DNA of 64,000 nucleotides, from the NCBI GenBank assembly GCA_002633005.1, contig NMRA01000401.1, positions 331,827 through 395,826 of the forward strand, read 5' to 3'. Below the pieces are notes generated by a model, which was given only the letters and a program-made list of their open reading frames with translations, searched no databases and was not told where the DNA came from. Below, piece after piece: positions 25,771-36,300 of this stretch (position 1 is its first letter; every line of letters begins with the position of its first letter). The translations under genes were made by a program, and so were the position numbers. The DNA is from Phoronis australis. Taxonomy: Eukaryota > Animalia > Phoronida.

Positions 25771-27476
25771 AATAGCCCATATTCAGTCTAAATACCTTAT
25801 GCACGCAGGTCAGTGTATGGCTTCATCTTCATCCTCCTTGAAGGAATCTCTCAATAATGATGCACTGTCGCACACAAATCTGGTGCAACTGGTCCACACT
25901 GTCCGATTTGTGCAACAGGTGGGCTTGTGATGCAAGATCAGCTTAATCAATCAAGGAGGTAAAACTCATTTGTTTTCCGCCTGTCAATACTACGGAAGTA
26001 TATTTAGCTTAAAAAATTTAAACAATTAAAACCTGTGGTTATATATGATTAAGTTTCAGTGATCAGTGTCACTTTGATTGTTTACATTCACTGGACATGC
26101 AAACAGTGAATAGTTTGTAAGCAGCATGAGGCAACTCCTACGCTAATAGTTTGTTTTTGAGTTTTGTTAGCAGAGGGCTTAGGAGATACAGGTATGGGTG
26201 CAAAAANAAACGTTGTTTCTCAATATGTAAAAGCCAAAGTTAACACTAGTGACATGCGTGTCGTTTTGTGACTGACCTATTTTTTCCGTACTTGGAAGGG
26301 GTGTTGAGGAGCAAACCCGAGTTACCCGATGGAAACCCGCACCGAGTCGGCGATTATTTCGAGGCTATTCATTTCATGGAAAAGTAATTGTTGAGTACGC
26401 AAACAGCATAAGTACCACATTTTTGTTGTGAAATTTGCACTGAATTGTTCCCGCGCATCCAAATACGTCATTCGGTTAGGGCATCGTTTCAACGATTTCT
26501 TTCGAGAGATGTTTTTCAAACGTCGAGTTAAGTTGCAAAATTTGGGATGCGAACAAAAAGTGGAGGGAATTTGCACTCGGAGTTAGTTTGGATCTTTAAC
26601 GCTTTGATGACACCTAGTAGCAGGTGAGAAGGCCTGGCAAAATCGTGAATACTTTGTCAATGGGCATTCTCTCACTTTTCACATCGAAAACTTAGCTACT
26701 CGAATGAACGTTTCAGTTAGGAAGCACTGATTCAACTTTCACGTCGGCAACTTGCCTTACGCTCTAGCGCCTTTCAATGGCGGTCGTGAAGTACACCAAC
26801 GCTGTACCTGCATGAACGAACTCGATTTTGCGATCTGCAATTTGTGAGTGTTTAACGCTGCAGGTAAGAGCATAATCTAAACATTTCTCGATTATCTACA
26901 AATCAAATTTTGGTGCGTAAAAATGGCTGGAAAATTTTGCGACCTGTCATTTATGAATGGAGCTAGATTTTGAGAATTTTCCTGGGATTTTGGCTAGGTC
27001 GCAAAATGCGACCTGGTGATTTTAATGGCGTGGAGCCCTGAATAACCCATATTCAGTCTAAATACTTCATGCACGCAGGTCAGTGTATGGCTTCATCTTC
27101 ATCCTCCTTGAAGGAATCTCTCAATAATGATGCACTGTCACACACAAATCTGGTGCAACTGGTCCACACTGTCTGATTTGTGCAACAGGTGGGCTTGTGA
27201 TGCAAGATCAGCTTAATCACTCAAGGAGGTAAAACTCATTTGTTTTCGGCCTGCCAATACTAGGGAAGTATATTTAGCTTAAAAAATTTAAACAATTAAA
27301 ACCTGTGGTTATATATGATTAAGTTTCACTGATCAGTGTCATTTTGATTGTTTACATTCACTGGACATGCAAACAGTGAATAGTTTGTAAGCAGCATGAG
27401 GCAACTCCTACGCTAATATTTTGTTTTTGAGTTTTGTTAGCAGAGGGCTTAGGAGATACAGGTATGGGTGCAAAAA
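25010..27476. repeat. ~1.2-kb direct duplication (25010-26206 and 26208-27476) joined at a single N; probable uncollapsed haplotypes
   Basis: Near-identical copies abut the N at 26207. The second copy has an extra ~70 bp at ~26640-26715. Confidence 0.85.
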
Positions 27477-28320
27477 AACAAAACCGCCACTAGGAGGCGC
27501 CACAGTAGTCAAAGTTGTCGGAAAATCATTGTCAACTATCAATATAGAAAGAACATGCATGCCAGCTTTCTCATTCATCCTTAAAGTGGTTTGGTTGACA
27601 GAGGGATGGACACCAAAAACCAGACTTGAAAACAAAAAATGGCCATTAGGTGGCGCAAAGTAACTTGAATCAATATGAAGATGAATGTCTAGCATCATCT
27701 CACTAATAGATGTCTATGTGCCAAATTTTATGGAAATTCATTGAGGACCTTTGGAGATACATAGGTAAACCTAAAAAAATAAAACATAGAACATTTAGGA
27801 GATACAGCCATGGGTGCAAAAACAAACAAAACTGTCACTAGGAGGCACCACAGTAGTCGAAGTCATTGGAAAATCGTCAACTGTCTTCTTCATAGTAAAA
27901 ACATACATGCCAATTTTTACAATCATCCTTAGAGTGGTTTGATTGCTAGAGGGGTGAACGCAAAAAAAAACGACTTGAAAATAGTAAAACTGGCCACTAG
28001 ATGGCGCAAAATGCGAAAACAAGAGGATAGCATGAACTCATTAATAAATGCCTATGTGCCAAATTTCATCAAAATCAGTTGAGGACCTTTGAAGATACAG
28101 AGGCGAACGTAAAAAACTAAAATTGCCACTAGGGGGCATAGCGGTATTCGAGTCCATCCGAAACTCGTGGCCCTTTGTCGTCAACCCCATAGGAACAAAC
28201 CTGCCAAATTTCAATAAGATCCTGCAAGGGATTTCGGAGATACAGCCGCGGACGCCGGACGCCAGGCGCCCAGACAGAGATGACGGCAATATGCGACCAC
28301 ATATAAATATGTGGGAACAC
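27440..28320 (+). mobile_element. Helentron/HINE-like non-autonomous element (tandem core repeats, GACGCC microsatellite, 3' hairpin)
   Basis: Repeated GCCACTAGG(A/T/G)GGC and TGTGCCAAATTT..GAGGACCTTTG.AGATAC units; GGACGCCGGACGCC at ~28250-28263; perfect stem-loop CCACATAT-AA-ATATGTGG at 28297-28314. Confidence 0.65.
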
Positions 28321-28893
28321 AGTCATGTTGGTCACTTGTCTTACTTGTTCGTTTTTTGACTTTGAACCTTGGGTGCTAAATATGACAGCAATTACCACAT
28401 AACAACACATTCTGCCAAGCCCGTGAGTAGCGACCCACTCACTGAAATCCGTGAATGCCCCATCAAGCCTTTGATGTGCCGCAGAATTTGCTGGCTATTC
28501 TGTGGGTAAACAATGCACGATTTCTCATCCACTTGCATGCAAATCCTGTTAGCGGAAGATTTGCCTGAGGAGGACTACAAGTCTGTTGCAATATTATGCA
28601 TAGACCCATTCCATCAGCGGGGGATAGCACCAGTTGGCAGTTACCCCCCAAGATTTGAACAACTGAGTAACAAACAGCTACGTAGGGAATGAATTAGGCA
28701 AATCAAACTTTATTCATGATTACCTACATTGCAAACTTTATTTCAGAAGTATTCACCTCATAAAGCAATTAAAAACATAACCAAACCTCTAACAGTATTT
28801 CATCCGATCTAAACACTGTGAGTGCAACAAAACCTCAACAACAGCTTATTAATAAAACAGCCATACTATCAGCTTCCCGAGGAAAGATCGCCT

Positions 28894-31800
28894 TCACAGC
28901 TTCACCAACATTGGGGACACCAAAGAATCGGCCTTCTCTTTTCCAACAAGTGTTTCAACAATTTTCAGCGCAAATTCAAAGCATGTTCCGGGGCCCCTAC
29001 TTGTGATCACTTTCCCATCAACATGGACACGGTCCTCACTGTACTTGTAACCTGGAAAGAGATGTGACGGTGACGTCAACCTGGTGTATCAATTCATGAA
29101 TATCTGCGGCAATATCCCGCAACGCACAAAAGGAACTTCATACATCACTGCTCAAGATAAATAGAATTGATGACGCCAGTGCATCTTGTACTAATTTTTA
29201 TGCTGCACAAGTTGGTGCTACAAAACGACCAGTTTCTAATGACAAAAAATCTTTACAGATCTTGAAAAACAAATAATAACTAAATTTACATAAAATCAGA
29301 GACTACAGTGGTACAACATCTGAATCCAAACAGTCAGATGAAAATGAAAAAGTTGTTGCATGTCACTGTCATTGTTTACAACAAAATGCAGGACAGTTTC
29401 TTCAGAGAGGCAGTGAATTAAATGTGAACGTATCTCCGGTCGACATAAGTTGCATCCAACACTTCGCCAGTCCCTGTCACGGATTGCAAAACAACTCCAC
29501 AAAAATTACTTCTACTCATCTTCATAAGGACGCTGCCTTCCCCCCTTCCCCTCCAGCTTATCACTCATACTGTGTAGTGTAGCGAAACCCAAACTAGGCT
29601 GAACCCCTCAGTAGACCATGCCAATTAATTGCCACAACCCTATCAGATGCATTAAACTACCCAATCTAATGAAAGCCACAATATAACTCAACATTCCAGC
29701 AGTTTGTCTTACCTCCATCACGCAGTTTATCAGCCACACTGGGATGTGACGTGACAGTACCTCCACTGTGGATGCCATGACTGAGCAGGGCTGTCGGAGC
29801 TGAAACAACAACTGTGTTCATGTTTCTTCTGCAACTGACATAACACAAAACACTTTCATATTATTATAAGCACACCGCATATTTAACCACACCCACCTGC
29901 ATACAAACATCTTTTTAGTCACAAGAGTAAGCAAAGGCTGAATCTTCAAGTTGTTACGGCACAGTGTATAACAACAGGTGGTGATGACAGAGAACTCAGA
30001 AAAGTGGGATTGACTTTATTTCTCTGTAATCATCCTACATAATCCACCATGAATAAAATCGATCCTGGATCAAACTAATCACCCAGTTGAAGTTGTGTAT
30101 TCAAAACATATATGAGCTTCACAATTAAAAAAATTATCATAAATACGTTTATTGTTATTTTCTTATTTCTTTAGTTTTGTTTCAGTTAGACATAAACAAC
30201 ACGTTTGAGGTCATGCTGAACTCTTCACTACAACAAAAATACTAATTGCAGGATTAAGTATTTTTGTCTAAAGACCATAAGTGATTTTTATGCTAGTAAC
30301 CAACCTGGTGACATCTTCCAATGCCAAATGGTTGCTGTGTTGTTTACTGGCAATGCTTGCAATGGACGCTAGATTGGATCATTATTGGGGTTTCCATGTT
30401 ATCGTTTGTTTGGTCGGTTTGTTTACAAGTCACGCATCAACATTCCTGGATGGACCCCCAACCGTCTCATTACACATAATCCTTGTGTGGTGAACCTCTC
30501 ATGAGGGTTGGCACATGAGGGGTCAATGGAAACCAACTGTTACCATGGCTACACATCCTTACCACAAATTGCAAGAACTCTTGCCACAGAACCTTAACTC
30601 CAGCCGCATTCAAGCAAATCTTGCCGCAGGCCATGTTAAGTGCAGAGTGAGCAAAAAAATAACACATGGAAACTGGATTAGTTTACACATTTTCGTCACT
30701 TGTGGCAATAATTGTCAGAGTGCAATAGTGCATGAATGTTGTTGTAATTCCAGGTTCTGTGGTAAGCCATACCCGCGCATACTGCAGCAATCAGTCTACC
30801 ATTCTTTTCCTGGGCTTTGAGAATCTCCTTGACAAGTTGTGACTGAAACAGTAAATAAAAAACATTACCTTTGACATTCACAGTGAATATGTGCAAACTA
30901 CTCTTAAAAGGTTTTAACTCTGCCTTTTCCACGCTTTATAATCTAGTAAGAGGATCAAAATCCTGTCCCACCAACTCCTCATTTATTTTCGTCACCTCAG
31001 TGTGCCATAAGACACAAAAGTTGAACACAATATCATGCACGAGTCTGTTGGTGAATGTGTGCCACACACTATGGTCTTAATATGTTACTGGAAAAGCGAA
31101 GCTGGATTGTAGCAGCTGTTGACCCCAGAGTTGCCACAGCACCCTTGTTCACCATCGGTATCGTCCAACTTTGTCTCACATCGACCAAGCAAAGTTATCG
31201 TCTATTCATGATGTCACGTCGCCAGAATCTACTAGATTGCCTATTTGCAGAATGTCTTGTTGCTAATTCAGTCAGAGTCTTGTTGATTTTAGAAGCTTAA
31301 CTTTGCAAATCATGTATGTGACCTTTCAAAGCCTAATTTAAGGGGATTGTCTCCACACAATTTGTCAAAATCGCTGAACAACTTGCTCTGCAAGTCCATT
31401 CGCTAATAAATAATTAGCAACTTGGCGCAGTAACTTTAACTCTGACAAAATTTAAAAAAAACTAACATTTTGTGCAAACATCAAGCTACACTGCCAAATA
31501 ATGCTGGCAAGAAGTTCGCCATAGTCTGCCAGAGCTCTGTCTTAGTCTGTCTAGTTTATTACGAAAACTTTACTAATACCCATCAGCAGAACTACCGACA
31601 AAAATTAATGTTAAATTGCTGATTATATAATTGTCCAAGTCTCATGTGAAAAAGGCAAAATCCCACTCATGGGATGGAAGACATAACATTTCGCTGCAAA
31701 CAGTAGTCGGATCCTCACTAGCTCAGTAGTAAGAGCACTACACCAGCAATCTAGAGACCTGTGGTTTGATTCCCAGTAGGGATTCCCGATTTTTCTGTGT

Positions 31801-32608
31801 TATAATTATCAGTCACAGAAGTACCTGCATTAGAACAGCTCAAGCAAGTTATCAATCAGAAAAGCAAGACTACTTCACTCACTGCAGCAAGGTTTTCGGA
31901 GCCTGTCAATCCCCCAGGACAAACAACAACATCGTAAGAGGTACCATTCTTGACAGCATCAGCCAAGGACTTGTCAGGTTTGATTACAACGTTCCGGCTA
32001 CATGTGACAGGATCTGCACCACTCAAACCAGCCACAGTGACATCAATCTACAAAAGAACGGTGACAAGACTGAGAAATTTTACAAAGTTTGAAGTTTAAA
32101 ATCAGACCTTTTAGCAGTCCTTTGCCAGTTGCCAAATCGGCAAGTGGCCATTTTTACTGACACAGCGCATACTCTATTTTTACACTGCGCATACTTCTGG
32201 TGCACGCAGTTTAAAAATGGCCACTTGCCAATAATTTGGACAGCTGAAAGAAGGACTGCCAAAAAAATTGATTATAACAATATGCGAGTATTTGTTAAGA
32301 GTGTGCAAAAAAGGTGGCAACGCGACATTGATACTTCAATCAGTAAGCCATAATTGGCCGAAAAAAGCTTGCGGCGTATGAAGCGCATAGAGGAGCAATA
32401 CCGTCTCAACTGGGGCCTGTCTACAGCCTGTGGCAGTTCAGGTCAGTGAGAGTCAGACACTGTCATTGAGACAGTAGGCCTAAATGAGTAAAGAGCAAGA
32501 CTTATTAAAGCAAACAAGACATACTCCACCACGTCGCATAACATCCACCGATATAACGGTTTCCATTTCCTCAGCACCTTCCGCTAAGATCACTAGAGCT
32601 GAAGACAT
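28894..32608 (-). CDS. PARK7: Protein deglycase/glyoxalase DJ-1 (Parkinson disease protein 7 homolog), 187 aa
   Basis: Exons 32608-32525, 32047-31883, 30842-30773, 29799-29713 and 29051-28894 total 564 nt, all GT-AG. Reads [33 protein letters not shown]...[12 protein letters not shown]...YDVVVCPGG...LIAAVCAAPTAL...VTSHP...[23 protein letters not shown]. Catalytic Glu (E16) and Cys (C105) are present. The four intron positions match vertebrate PARK7. Confidence 0.97.
31709..31787 (+). mobile_element. Degenerate tRNA-derived sequence (SINE head or tRNA pseudogene) in PARK7 intron 2
   Basis: A-box-like TAGCTCAGTAGT and B-box-like GGTTTGATTCCC at tRNA-like spacing. Stems are imperfect and the B-box C is mutated, so it is not called a functional tRNA. 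Confidence 0.6.
32109..32264. repeat. Fold-back inverted repeat (MITE-like) in PARK7 intron 1
   Basis: Arms TTTTAGCAGTCCTT...CCAAAT.GGCAAGTGGCCATTTTTA and TAAAAATGGCCACTTGCC...ATTTGG...AAGGACTGCCAAAA. Confidence 0.75.
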
Positions 32609-33321
32609 CCTTGAAATGCTAAATAAACCACTAACACGAGGCGTCAAGTGTTTTAAACAGTTAGAAAGCATATATTTCTTAGCAGCCGATCATTTCGGAA
32701 ACCCTTGCAACCGGGAAAAAGACCTACTCTCGCAACTAAATATTTACTGGGGCGTCCTCTCTTGGAGAACTTTAAGGCTCATCTTGTTTTTTAATATTTC
32801 GAATTACTTACACTTCCAAAGTACAGCGTGTACTTATTTTGTCAGTTAAACTTCTATAAATATTTTGTTAAACTGGTATTTTACAATCCAAACTATACTT
32901 TCAGTGCATGTTGACAGTGTCTAGGTACGAGAGTATGACTGTTTGGTTGCCAAGCCAAAGACGGACATGCGTCACGACTCACTGAACCGAATGTACAACC
33001 GACGTTGTAAAGGGGTCGTTATTTTTTAATTAAGGTAGATTTGGACCTAGTTTTCAAGTTTATGATCCGGTAACTGTGTTCTTAATTACCTGGCGAACAT
33101 GGATAATTACATGTTGATGTAGCGTTCACCTGTTTGATCTGGACCGCGTCAGTGTTTTTTATCCCAGATTCTGGCTGGTCCGAAAGAGAGTTAATTGTTC
33201 GACGTAAATATTAATTTTACAAAGTGTTGCTGTTGTATCACAAAGTGCTGAAGTAGAGGTCGCCTGCTGCCTTCCGTAATACCGTGCAGAATAGGTACAG
33301 TGTTTACCGTGGTCGACAACC
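32609..33321. promoter_or_regulatory. Probable bidirectional promoter and 5'UTRs shared by PARK7 and FHAD1
   Basis: The divergent ATGs at 32608 and 33322 are only ~0.7 kb apart. The interval contains a GTTGCCAAG half X-box (~32947) and TGCGTCA (~32968). TSSs cannot be determined from sequence. Confidence 0.6.
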
Positions 33322-36300
33322 ATGGTGAAAGGATTTCTAAAAAGCGCAGAAGGAATTTACAACCTTGCTCCCAAAGTTACCACTGTTGGGCGTGAGGGAT
33401 GCGATTTATCCATACTGGTAAGTTAACAGATTATGAGATTTTCTTCTTCCTCCATTAATGATTAACATGCAGACTCAAAACATGAGTATCTCGCACAGAG
33501 CGCTGTACATGTATACATGCCAAATTGATACGTACAATATATTGGTTCCTGGGTACAGTGCCATGATGGGATGGTGTCCGCAGGGGGCCCGGTAATCCAG
33601 CAGCGCAACACGTTTGACTGATTGCGTTGCACCTTCAATCTCACCATAGACCATTGTGACATTAATTCTCCAGAGGTTTTCATCAATTCCATGACACGTC
33701 ATATATCACGAATTAGTTTTTAATTGCAACTTGTTTGGTCACAGTAAAATCTAACTACACATAATTCTGGACAAAAATAATTGCCTAAATTACTCTTTTT
33801 ATTTTTTCAAGGACACCTAAATTCATTTTTGAATGCCCACAATTTTTCAAAACATTGTCTGCTGGTAACTGGTACTTGGATATGACCGCATCATTTTGGA
33901 CACTGGTTTATGATATGGGAATGAAGTTTCACCTGTCAGAAAACATGTTGTGTCGTAAATTGGTGCTATACATGTTCTGTGTCCTAAATTGGTGAGATTT
34001 CTTCGCACTTTGTTTAAGTGGGACTTCAGCACAAACTTCAGGTTGGTAGGTGCATGTATATGTGTGGCAGCCCAGCTGATCAGATGTCTGTTGTTTCAGC
34101 ATCCTAATGTAGATTTACAACACGCTGTCATCGAGTACAGTGAGCAGGAGGAATGCTTTGTTCTGCAAGATCTCAACTCTTCACAAGGCACCTATGTCAA
34201 TGAGTGCCGTGTGCAGAATGCTGCGGTCAGGCTGGCCCCTAATGATGTTATCCGATTTGGCTTCAACGGAACACAGTATCAGCTCCATGTAGACCCTGCA
34301 CCTCAGGTAATTACCTATCTGCACCCCTCTGGTAGTTGTTAGAATTGATGAAAGTGAGGAGATGTACGTGTGCTATGATGATGATTATGTTATCTTGTCT
34401 GGAACCATTGCTCAGAAATAGACTACGCTTAGTAGAAAAATTAAGCCAGTGAAATAACTTGAAGCATTCCAGAGATGTGGATTTCGATAAAAAGTGAAGT
34501 AGACAAAAATATCTGAAAACTGGTTAAAGTGCGCTAACTTATAAGATAAATTTGTAAATCCTAAAATGTGATGCCTTAAGAGTTTCGAGTTACAATCTGG
34601 TTCCAAAAGATTTGACAATAAGTCACCTGGTTTTATGGATGCGTATCTGACAATGTTGACATAGAAAGTCAAGTTGTTTGCATTACTGAAAACACTGCTT
34701 GAATGCAGTCTAACTTTAAATAGATTGAAGAGAAAAACATTTTGACAACTCTACTCTTTGATTCTTCAGTATTATTTTCATAATATAAACTTGTACCTGT
34801 AAGAAATGCTGCTAATTTAAGTGAGTATTTTTCATTTTTGAGAAGTTTGTATAATCACAACGTGTAGCATAGCTGTAGTCAACCTGCTTCTGATTGTTTT
34901 GAAGACTTAAGCATATTATACCCTTGTTCGATATCCAAGTTGCTGTTTGAGTGTCTTAAATTTGAACCTACTTTGAACATTTTTGGGTTTTACTCAAAAT
35001 TAATATTGACCAATTTTTTCAAAGGTTTACTGCATTGCTTCAAATACTTAAAATTTTACCAAATTTCATTTAATGTTAGCTACATAATACAAACTATATT
35101 ACCGTTCAAATCTTAATCCCATTGAATATTTGAATTTGTTTGTGATGAAGATTCTGGCAAAATAGAACTCCACTTTTCCGTTGTCTTTTTTGTCTGTGCT
35201 AAAGGCTCTTAACCCTTGATTTTGCTATGGATGTGTTTGTCAATGTTTACCCAGATGTCTGGGTGTTAACATGGTTGTTACACACCTGGCTCTAAAGATA
35301 AATTTCTTTATCACTTGTGTTTCAACTACTATAGAATTTTTATGCGTTTTGTGTGAACGTAAACTATGACTTTTGTTTCACAATTTGGCCATTTAAATAG
35401 TGTTTACAAAACTGATCTTGTGTCTCAATTCAAACGTATCTCTGGTACGCCAAATTGCTCCATTAATCAAGCTCCCGTACTTATGTCAAAAATAAAACCA
35501 ATCTTTAATTCAGAAGCATTCCCAAGTAATGGTTTGATAGCTGAATCTGGCATTAATGTGCTCTCTTGTTGTGATTTGAATCTAAAGTGTACATTAGTTC
35601 TTTAAACAAACTAATGTTCTGTGGTTTATGAACAGTTTCATTTACTCCCCAAATACATTCATTTCAAGCACAGTATTGGTCATTGAAAAGAAAATACACT
35701 GTGTGTTAACCTACAGGTATTCACACATACACAAAACCTGCCACAATGAATACACATCAGACAGTTGTTCCTACTGGCTGAAAATTTCTGTTTTGTGTAT
35801 TGCACTGTGAAGTGGAGTAAACAGCAGAGATACACATACTGAAGGCAGTGTCTCAGTTACTCCGTTTATATTCTCATTTTTGTTCTGTGATATTTTATTT
35901 TGAAAAGTTGAATTGTCAAAACTTAATGATGAAGTTTAAAGTTGTCAAAATAAAGACCAGTTATGGAAGCTTTCTGGTCTGTTGAAACTCCATTGCAACC
36001 CAGGGTTTCTCGAACTCTTTTCCGGCAAGTGACATTGGAGTCATGACTAGCTCTATGGATTAAACACTAGATTATGTACTAGTTGCACTCACAGAATTTG
36101 AGTATGTACTGCTGCATAGGACCCTATGTGGCTTGTACTTTGGAACGTGACATCTCAGACACGGCAGATTGGATTCATGTGAATCTTTCAGCATTTATTA
36201 AGAATTGCTTTAAAAAGCCGAACTTTTGCATGAGTGGCTATCAAAGAAAAGTTTTATGGCAAGTTCATGGGAAAATAAAAATTTTTACATGAAACGAAAA

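Noticed and set aside
25124-26576. Identical 84-aa ORFs inside the hAT-like element
   Set aside because: No transposase motifs and a non-ATG start; duplicated only through the probable haplotype artefact.
31709-31787. Functional tRNA gene
   Set aside because: The B-box and stems are degenerate with no clean anticodon arm; treated as SINE or pseudogene.
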